A stretch of DNA of 46,650 bases from a virus (lineage: Duplodnaviria; Caudoviricetes): the IMG/VR virus record IMGVR_UViG_3300025429_000029, positions 1-46,650 of that record. The stretch is one strand, 5' to 3'. The translations under genes were made by a program, and so were the position numbers. This document shows, piece by piece, positions 46,649-46,650 of this stretch. Position 1 is the first letter of the stretch; each line of letters starts with the position of its first letter. The notes below the pieces were generated by a model, which did no database searches, had not been told where the DNA came from, and worked only from the letters and a program-made list of their open reading frames with translations.

Positions 46649-46650
46649 AT

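Noticed and set aside
1-46650. Stop-codon reassignment
   Set aside because: Genes tile the window densely in the standard code, with TAA, TGA and TAG all ending plausible ORFs.

Overview
This AT-rich window comes from a large tailed dsDNA bacteriophage (jumbo myovirus-like). Genes are dense and read in the standard code; no tRNA, rRNA or CRISPR array was seen. The + strand (1-34240) begins with a late virion module: a 5'-truncated giant structural protein of at least 3,766 aa, three paralogous fibre proteins, and a Gly-rich adhesin-like protein followed by a 2OG-Fe(II) oxygenase cassette. A ~14 kb modification cluster follows, with four glycosyltransferase-like genes and six radical SAM genes, interrupted by an inverted GIY-YIG/NUMOD3 homing endonuclease. 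The - strand (34216-46650) carries a DegT aminotransferase, an NAD-dependent sugar epimerase, thyA, folA, a VWA/metallopeptidase plus MoxR-like AAA+ pair, an RNase H-like 5'-3' exonuclease and many small genes. These are driven by repeated TTGACA-N16/17-TAnnnT promoters and T4-like TAAATA late promoters. The most notable items are the GT/radical-SAM/aminotransferase sugar-tailoring system, an unannotated 38-aa ArfA-like ribosome-rescue gene (42098-42214), and anti-Shine-Dalgarno elements in 3' UTRs. All family assignments come from motif recognition by eye; no searches were run.
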